A stretch of 64,000 nt of DNA from an uncultured Terriglobales bacterium (lineage in GTDB: Bacteria > Acidobacteriota > Terriglobia > Terriglobales > Acidobacteriaceae). The stretch spans positions 1,377 through 65,376 of the forward strand of contig CAYWSH010000002.1 in the NCBI GenBank assembly GCA_964460655.1, given 5' to 3'. A model generated the notes under the pieces. It saw only the letters and a program-made list of their open reading frames with translations. It ran no database searches and was not told where the DNA came from. The translations under genes and the position numbers were made by a program. Below are positions 17,838 through 26,782 of the stretch, one piece after another; positions within the stretch are counted from its first letter, which is position 1, and the number at the start of each line of letters is the position of its first letter.

Positions 17838-18841
17838 GCCGCATTCACGATGCATTGCTGAAGGCCGAACAGGAGCGCCGCTCCGGTACGGCGGCGCCGG
17901 TGGAGACGCCGGCTGAGCCGCTGCTCGCTAACATGCCGCCGCTGCCGCCGGAAATGGCGTTGCCGGCGCCGGCGGTCGAGATGCCGCTGCCGCCCCCGCC
18001 GGCTCCCGCGGTCAACGTCTCCACGTCGGTACTAGAGAGCGCGGCCGCCGCCGCGTCGCCCACACCCGTGCGCCCCCCCGTCACGTTCGACGAACTGCAG
18101 AAGCGCTGCAAAGTGCGCGAGTGGAAGCTCGATCCGGCCAAGCTCCTCGACTTCAATGTTCCCCGGCCGCCGGTGGGTGCGGAAGAACTGCGCACGCTGC
18201 GTTCGCGCTTGTATCAACTGCGCGGGCAGATGCCGCTCAAGCGCCTGCTCGTAGCGAGTGCGCTCCCTGGCGAAGGCAAAACGTTCTGCTCCGCCAACCT
18301 GGCACAGACGTTCGTGCGCCAGCGCGGGCGCCGCGTATTGCTGATCGATGGCGACCTGCGCTATCCGCGGTTGCACCAGGCCTTCAACACCACGCGCGAG
18401 CCCGGGCTTTCGGATTTCTTGAAGGGCGAGTGCGATGAGTTCACCGCCATCCAGAAGGGCCCGCTCGAGAACCTCTTTCTGATGACGGGTGGGCGCACCG
18501 TCTCGAATCCGGCGGAGCTGATCGGTGGCACGGCCATCAAGAAGCTGCTCGACGCGCTGGAATCGTGCTTCGACTGGATCATCGTCGATTCGCCCGCGGC
18601 GCTGCCGCTGGCTGACGCGAGCATGCTCGCCAACTTCTGCGACGGTGTCCTGATGGTCGTTGATTCGGGCTCGACCCCGTATCACCTGGCGCAGAAAGCG
18701 CGCAATGAGTTCCAGCACCGCCCTATCGTCGGTGTGGTGCTCAACCGCATGAGCAGCAAGTCGATGTACAGCAGCTACTACTACTACGGCTCCTACGGCG
18801 AGCCGGGCAAAGAAACGAACGCGGACGCGAACAAGGATTAA
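17834..18841 (+). CDS. BY-kinase (CpsD/CapB-type tyrosine autokinase; EpsG-like)
   Basis: ATGA overlap with the upstream gene. Walker A' LPGEGKTFCSANLA, LLIDGDLRYP, IIVDSPA, and a C-terminal Tyr cluster MYSSYYYYGSYG. The N-terminal roughly 90 aa are a Pro/Ala-rich linker with no TM, so this is the kinase half of a split Wzc. Confidence 0.85.
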   Translation: MSRIHDALLKAEQERRSGTAAPVETPAEPLLANMPPLPPEMALPAPAVEMPLPPPPAPAVNVSTSVLESAAAAASPTPVRPPVTFDELQKRCKVREWKLDPAKLLDFNVPRPPVGAEELRTLRSRLYQLRGQMPLKRLLVASALPGEGKTFCSANLAQTFVRQRGRRVLLIDGDLRYPRLHQAFNTTREPGLSDFLKGECDEFTAIQKGPLENLFLMTGGRTVSNPAELIGGTAIKKLLDALESCFDWIIVDSPAALPLADASMLANFCDGVLMVVDSGSTPYHLAQKARNEFQHRPIVGVVLNRMSSKSMYSSYYYYGSYGEPGKETNADANKD

Positions 18842-18847
18842 CGAGCC

Positions 18848-20221
18848 ATGGTGCGGTTGTTCCAAGTCTATTACCCGATGCGCACGGTGGTTCTGTTCAC
18901 CGGCGAAGTGATGATCATCGCCGGTTGTTTTCTTGCCGCCGTGTTCCTGCAGTCGGGGCCCGACTCGGCCATCGTTCTGAACTATGAGAACGGTTGGTAC
19001 CGCATCCTCGCGGTGACGGCGATCGCGCTCATCACCTCGCATTACTTCGATCTCTATGACCTGCAGCAACTCACTTCGAGTGCCGAGACCTATTTCCGAC
19101 TGCTGGTAGTGCTCGGCCTGCTCTCGTTCGCGATCTCGGGGATCGGCTTGGTGTTCCCCGATTTCATGTTCGGGAACAACATCTTTCTGGTCGGGCTGAT
19201 CTTCCTTACGTTCGCGCTCTTGAGCTGGCGCTGGGCCTACGGCTGGCTGGTGCGACAGCCGTTCCTGCGGGAGAAGATCTATGTGGTAGGCGACGGCGAG
19301 CGGGCGCAGAGCCTGGTGCAAGGCATCCGCCGCCGCGCTGAGCTGGGCATGGAGGTCATCGGCTGGACCGGTCAAGAAGGACCGGCCGAAACGGGCGAAG
19401 AAGTGGGGCGCCGTTTGGTGGCAGCCACCAGCGACCGCCAGATCGATGGCGTGATCGTGGCGATACGGGACCGGCGCAACAAGCTACCGACGGAAGCGCT
19501 GCTGCAGTTGCGCCTGCGCGGCATCCGCGTCGAAGAAGCGACCACGCTGCTGGAGCGCATCTCGGGCAAGATCGAGGTGCAGGGTATCTACCCCAGCGCG
19601 CTCATTTTCTCCGATGGCTTTGCCGTCTCGAGCGTGTATCCGGTGGTGATGCGCGTCATCTCGTGCCTGGTGGCGGCGTTAGGACTCGTGCTCACCCTGC
19701 CCTTGCTGGCGATCGTGTACCTCGCCATCCGGTGGGACTCGCCGGGGCCTGCGCTGTTCGTGCAAAAGCGCGTTGGCAAGGGTGGCAAGCAGTTCGCGCT
19801 TTACAAGTTCCGCTCGATGCGAGTGGATGCCGATAAGGACGGTAACTTCCGGCCTGCCACCCGCAATGACCAGCGCTTCACCGGCATCGGTCAGTTCCTG
19901 CGGCGCACACGGCTCGACGAACTGCCGCAGCTGTGGAACATCCTAAAAGGCGACATGAACCTGGTCGGTCCGCGGCCGTTCGTGCCCAACCAGGAAGCGG
20001 AACTCGTCGAGAAGATCCCGTTCTACTCGCTGCGCTGGACGGTGAAACCCGGCGCCAGTGGCTGGGCCCAGATCAACATGGGATATAACGCCACGGTCGA
20101 GGACAACATCGAGAAGCTTAGCTATGATTTGTTCTATATCAAGAACATGTCGGTGGGGCTGGACCTGTTGATCATTTTCCAGACGTTGAAGACGCTGTTG
20201 CTGGGACGAGGCGGCCGCTAG
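18848..20221 (+). CDS. Priming undecaprenyl-phosphate sugar-phosphate transferase (WcaJ/EpsB-like)
   Basis: N-terminal TM bundle, a central Rossmann-like region, and the C-terminal bacterial sugar-transferase domain (RVGKGGKQFALYKFRSM, DELPQLWNILKGDMNLVGPRP, SVGLDLLI). Confidence 0.9.
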   Translation: MVRLFQVYYPMRTVVLFTGEVMIIAGCFLAAVFLQSGPDSAIVLNYENGWYRILAVTAIALITSHYFDLYDLQQLTSSAETYFRLLVVLGLLSFAISGIGLVFPDFMFGNNIFLVGLIFLTFALLSWRWAYGWLVRQPFLREKIYVVGDGERAQSLVQGIRRRAELGMEVIGWTGQEGPAETGEEVGRRLVAATSDRQIDGVIVAIRDRRNKLPTEALLQLRLRGIRVEEATTLLERISGKIEVQGIYPSALIFSDGFAVSSVYPVVMRVISCLVAALGLVLTLPLLAIVYLAIRWDSPGPALFVQKRVGKGGKQFALYKFRSMRVDADKDGNFRPATRNDQRFTGIGQFLRRTRLDELPQLWNILKGDMNLVGPRPFVPNQEAELVEKIPFYSLRWTVKPGASGWAQINMGYNATVEDNIEKLSYDLFYIKNMSVGLDLLIIFQTLKTLLLGRGGR

Positions 20222-20246
20222 AGCCGGCCGTTCGACAGGAAGCAAT

Positions 20247-21419
20247 GTGCAAGTGATGCAGTACATCTTCTGGGTATGTGCCGGCACGATCGTGTTCACT
20301 TACGCGGTCTATCCGCTGGTGTTGCTGGCTACGTACCTGGTGGTGCAGACCGGGCGCGAACTGAAGTACCTGTTCGCGCGCCGCGATCGGCGGCTGCGCG
20401 ATTTCGCCGCCGGGGAGGAGCCCGCGCTCACCATCATCATTCCCGCCTACAACGAAGAGGCGCGGTTGGGAGCAAAGATCGCGAACCTGTCGCGGCTGGA
20501 CTACCCCAAGTCAAAGTTGCACGTCATCTTCGTCTCCGATGGCTCGACGGATGGCACCAATTCCATCCTGCAGGAGCTCAAGGACCCGGAGATCGAGATC
20601 ATCTTCCTGCCCACCCGGACCGGTAAGCCGAGCGCGTTGAACGAGGCGGTCAGCCGGGCGCGCACCGAGATCCTGGTCTTCTCGGATGCGGCAACCCTCT
20701 TCGCGACCGATGCACTGCGCAAGCTGGTGCGTCACTTCGCCGACCCGCGCGTCGGCGTCGTCTGCGGGGCGCTGCAGTTCGAGGGCACGCCGCAGTCGGT
20801 GGCGACGGAAGGCATCTACTGGAAGTTCGAGAGCATGCTGCGGCTCATGGAAGGGCGCTTGGGCGCGACCCTCACGGCGAGCGGCGCCTGCTATGCCGCG
20901 CGCCGGCAGTGTGTGCCGCAACTGGCAGCTGAGGCGCTCATCGATGACCTGATCGTGCCGATGCACGCCCGCCGCGAGCGCTACCGCGTGGTCTACGACC
21001 CGGAAGCGACGGCGTGCGAACTGGCAGCGGCCACGATCGACGGCGAATTCATCCGGCGCGTGCGCATCGGCGCCGGCAGCTTCCGTGCGTTGCACGAACT
21101 TTCCCTGATCCGCCTGCCCTTCCTCACGCTGCTGGCGTTCCTCTGCCACAAGGTGCTGCGCTGGATCGTGCCGTTCCTGTTGGTGGGACTCCTTATCTCC
21201 AGCGCCGTGCTGTGGAGCGCCTTGCCTTACAGCGCGCTGCTGGCGCTGCAGCTGGTCTTCTACTTGTGGGCGGCAGTCGGCTTCCTGTTGCGCGGACGCA
21301 AGCCGCTGCGCTACATGCTGATGGGCTATTTCCTGCTGGCGATGAACGTCGCCTTTCTGATCGGCTTCGTGCGCTTCCTCCGCGGCCGCCAGACGGTGAC
21401 TTGGGAGCGCGTGCACTAG
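20247..21419 (+). CDS. Family 2 glycosyltransferase, membrane-embedded
   Basis: GTG start (ATG alternative at 20256). N-terminal TM, then LTIIIPAYNEE, VSDGSTDGT, FSDAAT (DxD-like), and C-terminal TM helices. Confidence 0.85.
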   Translation: MQVMQYIFWVCAGTIVFTYAVYPLVLLATYLVVQTGRELKYLFARRDRRLRDFAAGEEPALTIIIPAYNEEARLGAKIANLSRLDYPKSKLHVIFVSDGSTDGTNSILQELKDPEIEIIFLPTRTGKPSALNEAVSRARTEILVFSDAATLFATDALRKLVRHFADPRVGVVCGALQFEGTPQSVATEGIYWKFESMLRLMEGRLGATLTASGACYAARRQCVPQLAAEALIDDLIVPMHARRERYRVVYDPEATACELAAATIDGEFIRRVRIGAGSFRALHELSLIRLPFLTLLAFLCHKVLRWIVPFLLVGLLISSAVLWSALPYSALLALQLVFYLWAAVGFLLRGRKPLRYMLMGYFLLAMNVAFLIGFVRFLRGRQTVTWERVH

Positions 21420-21420
21420 C

Positions 21421-22803
21421 ATGACCTCACCGGCCACTACCTGGAAACCGCAGGCGCTGCCGTTGCGGCCCCTCACGGCCGTGGCGAAGGAGCGTGTGTT
21501 CTACGGCGGCACTGGGCTGCTGATCGCGATCGTGATCTGGGTCCCGCTCGCGCTGAAGACCGGGATGCGGCTGGAGAAGTTCGTCGAACTGGACCTGCCG
21601 ACCGGATTTGAGTTCATCAACCTGCTCCTGCTCATCGGTCTCGGGCGCCTGCTCGCCGGCGATGCGGATGCGAAGAAGAAGCAGACTGACAGCCGCGTGA
21701 CCATGATGTCGGTCGCGCTGGTGACGATGTTCGTGGTGGCGTTGGTGTCGTGTTTCACCGCCGGCTTCCTGGGTGGCGGCGATGCCATGTGGTACTGCAT
21801 CGTCATGCTCAAGCGCTGGGCCACGATGATGTTGATGTTTGCCTTCGCCCGGCGTTTCCTGCACAGCCGCAAGCAAGTGGTGTGGCTGTTCTACGCCATG
21901 ACGCTGATCCTGACCTATGCCTCCTACAACCTGCTGCGCGAAAGTCTGGACATGGGCCTGGGGCATGAGCACTTCAAGAACGGCATGCGGTTCGGCGGCA
22001 TCTTCGATTACGGCGGCGAGAATGACCTGGCCGCCTTCTTTGCCGAGTTCATCTTCATCCCGCTTGCCCTGCTTAAGTTGGAGACGCGACGTCTCGCAAA
22101 ATGGATCCTGCGCGGCGCCATCTTCGTCATCGCGTTAGGGTGCATGTTCTGCTACTCGCGCGGCGCGTGGATCGGCATCGTGGCGGGTACGTTCGTTTAC
22201 CTGGTGCGCCGCCAGGGAGCCAAAGGATTGCTCGTCCTGCTGCTGCTTGCAGTGGTGATCGCGCCCTTCCTGCCGCACAGCGTGATCGACCGCTGGACGA
22301 TGACGGAAGACGACAGCGGTCAACTGGAGGCCAGCGCCGCCAGCCGTGTCATCGTGTGGAACCAGGGCCTGCAGATCCTGAAGGACAACATAATTCTGGG
22401 CGTCGGTTTTGCGCGCTTTGTGGAATACACCGCGCACATGGAACTCGCGCTTGACGCTCACAATCAGTATCTGAAGCTGGCGTGCGAGCTTGGTATCCCC
22501 GGCCTCGTCGTCTTCATTTTCCTCATCCTGTGCTGCTTCGGGCTGACGAGCAAACCGCGCGATCAGTTCGAGCGTGAGATCTTCATTGCCTTGAGCGCTT
22601 GCATGACGGCGTTCGTGATCGTCAACTTCTTTGGCAACCGCTTCGTTCGTGAGCCGCTCACCTGCTACTTGTGGATGTTCGTGGGAGCGGTGGCGTGGTT
22701 GCGCACCTGGCGGCAGGAGCCGCTGCCCGCGGCCGACTTCGTTGCGCAGCAGGCATCGCTGACGGAAGCCGGCTTCAATCGGGGCAGAGAGACCGCGGGC
22801 TAG
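21421..22803 (+). CDS. O-antigen ligase/polymerase-like (Wzy_C) membrane protein, exosortase-locus type
   Basis: 460 aa with at least 10 TM segments. Wzy_C-type loop CYSRGAWIGI..., HNQYLKLACELGIPGL. Confidence 0.75.
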   Translation: MTSPATTWKPQALPLRPLTAVAKERVFYGGTGLLIAIVIWVPLALKTGMRLEKFVELDLPTGFEFINLLLLIGLGRLLAGDADAKKKQTDSRVTMMSVALVTMFVVALVSCFTAGFLGGGDAMWYCIVMLKRWATMMLMFAFARRFLHSRKQVVWLFYAMTLILTYASYNLLRESLDMGLGHEHFKNGMRFGGIFDYGGENDLAAFFAEFIFIPLALLKLETRRLAKWILRGAIFVIALGCMFCYSRGAWIGIVAGTFVYLVRRQGAKGLLVLLLLAVVIAPFLPHSVIDRWTMTEDDSGQLEASAASRVIVWNQGLQILKDNIILGVGFARFVEYTAHMELALDAHNQYLKLACELGIPGLVVFIFLILCCFGLTSKPRDQFEREIFIALSACMTAFVIVNFFGNRFVREPLTCYLWMFVGAVAWLRTWRQEPLPAADFVAQQASLTEAGFNRGRETAG

Positions 22804-23999
22804 TGCCCCCGCAGGGCCGCGCCCTGGTCGGAGGGCTCGGCGGCACGCACCGTCTGCCACACCACATACTTCTTGCCGCGGATCAGCTCCATCAGGCTGA
22901 AGAGCACCGCCGTGTTCAGCGTGCAGAAATACAGCGGCAGGCCGAGCGGTCTTAGCCATCGCTGCACCGGCAGCACCAGCGAAAGCGCCGCAAAGCCATA
23001 GAACGCCAGTTGGACGTAGAACGTGCCGCGGAAGAACGGCACATGGAGCAGGAACAGGTTGCTGAGGAACATGAAGACCAGGTAGAGCGCCACCATCCAG
23101 CGCATGATCTTGTGCGAGAGGAGCTGGAACGACACCCAAGGGAACCGGAACGGGTTGAGCAGCTCGGAGAAGCTCGCCAGGCCGCGGATGGAGCGCGTGA
23201 TGTTGCGCACCCGCATGGAGAATTCCTGCTTCGAAGAACGCGTGGTCTCCTCGTAAGCGAGGGCACGGTCCTCGAAGATCAGCCGGTAACCCTGCTTGAT
23301 GACGCACAACGGCTGGATGAGATCGCTCACGATGTCATCCGCCAGCTCGGTGTATGCGCTCTTGCGCACGGAATAGATGCATCCGGAAAAGCCGGTGATG
23401 GTGCGGATGCGCGATTGCAAAGTCTTGATCATGTTCTCGTAGCTCCAGAACGTGATCGTGCCCGGCCCGGTGGGCGAATCGCCCCGGGCGTCGAAGAACT
23501 CGATCCGCCCGCCAGCAGCGCCCACCGCGGTATCGCGATAATTGGAGACGAGGTAACGCAGCGCCATCGGGTGATAGACGGTTGTGGCGTCGGAAAAGAT
23601 CAAGACGTCGGACTTGGCATGCTTGACGCCGACGTTTTGCGCGAAGGTTTTGCCGCGCCGCTCCTCCATGCGCAACAGTTGCACGCGCGGATCGCCGAAG
23701 TTCCGGACGATCGTGTCCGTCTGGTCAGTCGAGCAGTCGGAGAGTACGAGGATCTCTTTTTCGCCGGGATAATCCAGGTCCAGCGTCTCGCGCAGCTTCT
23801 TCGCGATGCTGTTCTCTTCGTTGTAGGCCGCGATCAGGATCGAGATGGGCGGGGTGTAATCGGGCGCCGGCTGTTTTCGCCGATGGAACGCGGCCACCAC
23901 CATCAGGAGCAGCGGGTACCCCAGGTAGACGTACACGAGCAGCGCAGCGCAGACCCAGAAAGCGATCTGCGCGAATTCTTGGACACTGCTCCCCAGCAT
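22800..23999 (-). CDS. Family 2 glycosyltransferase, membrane-embedded (paralogue of 20247..21419)
   Basis: ORF 22800..24125 trimmed to MLGSSVQEFAQIAFWVCAALL.. (ATG 23999). Motifs ISILIAAYNEE, LSDCSTDQT, FSDATT, and C-terminal TM helices. Its stop overlaps the stop of the convergent gene (CTAG at 22800..22803). Confidence 0.85.
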   Translation of the reverse strand: MLGSSVQEFAQIAFWVCAALLVYVYLGYPLLLMVVAAFHRRKQPAPDYTPPISILIAAYNEENSIAKKLRETLDLDYPGEKEILVLSDCSTDQTDTIVRNFGDPRVQLLRMEERRGKTFAQNVGVKHAKSDVLIFSDATTVYHPMALRYLVSNYRDTAVGAAGGRIEFFDARGDSPTGPGTITFWSYENMIKTLQSRIRTITGFSGCIYSVRKSAYTELADDIVSDLIQPLCVIKQGYRLIFEDRALAYEETTRSSKQEFSMRVRNITRSIRGLASFSELLNPFRFPWVSFQLLSHKIMRWMVALYLVFMFLSNLFLLHVPFFRGTFYVQLAFYGFAALSLVLPVQRWLRPLGLPLYFCTLNTAVLFSLMELIRGKKYVVWQTVRAAEPSDQGAALRGH

Positions 24000-24178
24000 A
24001 GCGACTCTTGTCCTTTGGTAAACCGTCCGGCGCGAAGTCGCGACCGGCACACGTCTGCCCAAGCGCCTGACTCTTGGCCAAACGCACCCGTAACTTATCT
24101 CAATATAGCGCAGCAGTTGCGGCATTTCTAGGACTACGAGTAACTCGCCAGCGGTGACGGACGCGCTGCTGCGGCGTG

Positions 24179-24203
24179 AAAAAACGGCGCGCCTAAGGCG
24201 CCG
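24179..24203 (-). terminator. Terminator-like hairpin with U6 tail, with no annotated gene upstream of it
   Basis: The minus strand reads CGGCGC-CTTAGGC-GCGCCG followed by TTTTTT. It lies in the divergent intergenic region 24000..24422, upstream of the GT2 gene. Confidence 0.35.
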
Positions 24204-24267
24204 GTTCCGGCAGAATAGGGACGCAGACCGGCGTGCTCACAGGATTCAGTAATGGGCTGTAAGCCCC

Positions 24268-24282
24268 TTTTGATGCTATGAT
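24268..24282 (+). promoter_or_regulatory. Candidate promoter; 15-mer TTTTGATGCTATGAT containing an extended -10-like TGCTATGAT
   Basis: The identical 15-mer recurs at 58868..58882. Both copies are on the coding strand upstream of a plus-strand operon head; this one is about 140 nt before the ATG at 24423. Confidence 0.45.
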
Positions 24283-24422
24283 TTGCCTGTCCCCCCAGAA
24301 AGCACTGGAGAGTCGCGGGCAGAGGATGAAGCCAGCTTGATTCCGGGTGCGTGCCACAACCGCTTTGCGAGCGGCGAGCCGCTTCTGGGCTTCGACCGGC
24401 TCGGTACCGTTCCGTTAACAGA

Positions 24423-25199
24423 ATGAGTACTTCGCAGAGCCAATCCGCCATCCTGTGTTACCACGCGCTGACCGCTGCGGGAGAAGCCAAACCTGCGGAA
24501 GCCGGCTCGGGATTCTATGCGGTCGAAGCTACGAACTTCGAGCAACAGCTGGCCTACCTGCAACGCAGCGCCTTTCGCGCGTTGCTCCCGCAGGAGTTTC
24601 TAGACGGGGCGCGTCCCGAAAGAGCGGTCTTGATCACGTTCGATGACGGCCACGCCAGCGACGTCACGCTGGCACTGCCGTTGCTTGAGCGCTATGGCAT
24701 GCGCGCCACGTTCTTCGTGGTTGTGGACTACATCGGCCGCCCCGGATACATGAGTTGGGACGATGCACGGCGCCTGCGCGATGCCGGCATGGCCGTCGAA
24801 TCGCACGGGCTGGTCCATCAGGACCTCCGTCTGGTGCCGGAAGAGGAACTACGAGAGCAATTGCTGTGGGCACGGCGATGTCTGACGGCGCAGCTCAAGC
24901 AGGAAGTCCGTTACCTGGCCCTGCCGGGAGGCCTGGCGTCGCCGGCGGTTTATCGCGCGGCCTTCGCCGCTGGTCATCAGGCGGTGTTCAACTCACAGTC
25001 AGCAAGCGCGCGACCGGGCAAGATCATGCCACGGCTCGTGGTGCGGCGCGCGACGTCGCTACCGGAGTTCGTCAGCCTCGCCGAGGCGCGCAGCAGCGCC
25101 TTGTGGCGGCGACGGACCCAGGAGAACGCGATTGCGCTGGTGAAGTCAGCCTTGGGCCGCGAACGCTACGATGCGCTAAAGCGCAGACTGTGGGCGTGA
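24423..25199 (+). CDS. Polysaccharide deacetylase (NodB homology domain)
   Basis: ORF 24351..25199 trimmed to MSTSQSQSAILCYHAL... Motifs VLITFDDGHASD, ATFFVV and ESHGLVHQDL. Confidence 0.85.
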   Translation: MSTSQSQSAILCYHALTAAGEAKPAEAGSGFYAVEATNFEQQLAYLQRSAFRALLPQEFLDGARPERAVLITFDDGHASDVTLALPLLERYGMRATFFVVVDYIGRPGYMSWDDARRLRDAGMAVESHGLVHQDLRLVPEEELREQLLWARRCLTAQLKQEVRYLALPGGLASPAVYRAAFAAGHQAVFNSQSASARPGKIMPRLVVRRATSLPEFVSLAEARSSALWRRRTQENAIALVKSALGRERYDALKRRLWA

Positions 25200-25257
25200 T
25201 GTCCGCCAGCGCTCCCGAACCATTCAACCGCAACGCAAGCTTACCGATCATGGGGAA

Positions 25258-26772
25258 GTGAAAGAGTTGGCGACCGTAGCTCGGGAAGAAACGACGCAGC
25301 GCGCGCCACGAGGCCGCGCGCAGCAGGTATTTCAGCAGGCCCTTCTCTATGGGTCCGGTAGCGGGCTCACTATTCTCGCGAGCCTGATCTCGTTCCCGGC
25401 GCTTACCCGCGCATTGTCGTTGGCCGATTACGGGTTGATGGCGATCGTCTCGACCACCATCAATGTGGCCGTCGCGGTCGCTAAGCTGGGACTGCAGAAC
25501 GCCGCAGTCCGCTTCTACGCCGAGTACGACGACAAGGGAGACCGGGACCGCACCCTCCGCTCGACCCTGACGCTGGCTCCGTTCCTCAACGCAGTGGCCA
25601 TCCTCAGCCTCATCTGGTTGTTCTGCGGGTTGCTGCCCGATCGCGTGCTGGCGCAACAGCTGAGCCTGGTGATCGCGATCGCTGCTCCCATCCTGGTGTG
25701 CGAGACCGTGAAGCTCATGCTCCTGAACTTCATGCGCGCGGCCCGTACTGCCGGACGCTTCACCACCTTGACCGTCGTGGACAAATACGGCGTGCTGGTG
25801 GCGGCGCTGGCGGGCGTCATCTTCTGGCGGCGCGACCTGGTCGGTTACTACAGCGGCTGGCTGGCCTGGAGCCTGGGGCTCACCATCTTCCTGGTGGTCC
25901 AGGCGGTGGCTGCCGGACAGCTGCGCTTCGGGGCGATGGACAGAGGCCTGCTGGGCGCCGCCCTGCGCTTCAGTTCGCCGCTGATGTTCATGGAGCTGGG
26001 AAACCTGGTCCTCACTTATGGCGACCGCTATCTCGTGGCACGATATTTGGGTGCGAGTGCCACCGGGATCTACGCCGCCGCGTACAACTTCAGTATGGCG
26101 ATCCAGTCACTGCTGATCGTGCCATTGTCGTCGGTCGTGTTCCCGTGGGCGAGCGAGATCTGGACGCGCGACGGCAAGGCCGAGACATCACGCTTCGCCT
26201 CGCAGATCCTGAATTACTACCTGGTGGTGGCCATCCCGGTCGTCCTGGGGGTTTCGGTGCTGCGACAGGCGATCATGGTCGCGTTCGCGTCGTCGAAATA
26301 CAACGACGCGGCCGGTCTGCTGCCGACGCTCATGGTAGCGATGGTGCTGTTCGGCGTCTATCAGGTCACCGCGCTTGCGCTCTTTCTGGAGAAGCGCACC
26401 ATCACGATGGCGGTGCAACTGGTGGGAGCGACCGTGCTCAACATGGCGGCTAACTTCTGGGTGATACCGCGCTGGGGATTGCTGGCCGCGGCGCTGACGA
26501 CCGCCGGTGCGAACCTGGCATTGATCGCGTTCTCTGCCTTTACTGCGTTGCCGCGCTTGCCGATGCGCCTGGATGTAACGTTGCTCGCAAGGTCCATACT
26601 CGCAGGCGCAGTGATGTACGCCGCCATCCTGTTACTGCCGGCGATGGGGAATTGGGCCACGCTGGCGGCCGGGGTCAGCCTGGGGACCGTCGTTTACTGC
26701 GGCCTGATGCTGATGCTCGACCGCGGGCTCTATCGCCTGAGCACGCGTTTGCTGACGCAACGGTCGGCATAA
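25258..26772 (+). CDS. Wzx-type polysaccharide flippase (MOP superfamily)
   Basis: 504 aa with about 12-14 TM helices. Typical polysaccharide-biosynthesis-protein N-terminus (..ALLYGSGSGLTILASLISFPALTRAL). GTG start. Confidence 0.8.
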   Translation: MKELATVAREETTQRAPRGRAQQVFQQALLYGSGSGLTILASLISFPALTRALSLADYGLMAIVSTTINVAVAVAKLGLQNAAVRFYAEYDDKGDRDRTLRSTLTLAPFLNAVAILSLIWLFCGLLPDRVLAQQLSLVIAIAAPILVCETVKLMLLNFMRAARTAGRFTTLTVVDKYGVLVAALAGVIFWRRDLVGYYSGWLAWSLGLTIFLVVQAVAAGQLRFGAMDRGLLGAALRFSSPLMFMELGNLVLTYGDRYLVARYLGASATGIYAAAYNFSMAIQSLLIVPLSSVVFPWASEIWTRDGKAETSRFASQILNYYLVVAIPVVLGVSVLRQAIMVAFASSKYNDAAGLLPTLMVAMVLFGVYQVTALALFLEKRTITMAVQLVGATVLNMAANFWVIPRWGLLAAALTTAGANLALIAFSAFTALPRLPMRLDVTLLARSILAGAVMYAAILLLPAMGNWATLAAGVSLGTVVYCGLMLMLDRGLYRLSTRLLTQRSA

Positions 26773-26782
26773 GGGAGAAGCA

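Noticed and set aside
24352-24368. TGCCACAACCGCTTTGC upstream of the deacetylase gene as a sigma-54 promoter.
   Set aside because: The invariant GG of the -24 element is GC here, and the spacing to the GC of TTTGC is two nt too long.
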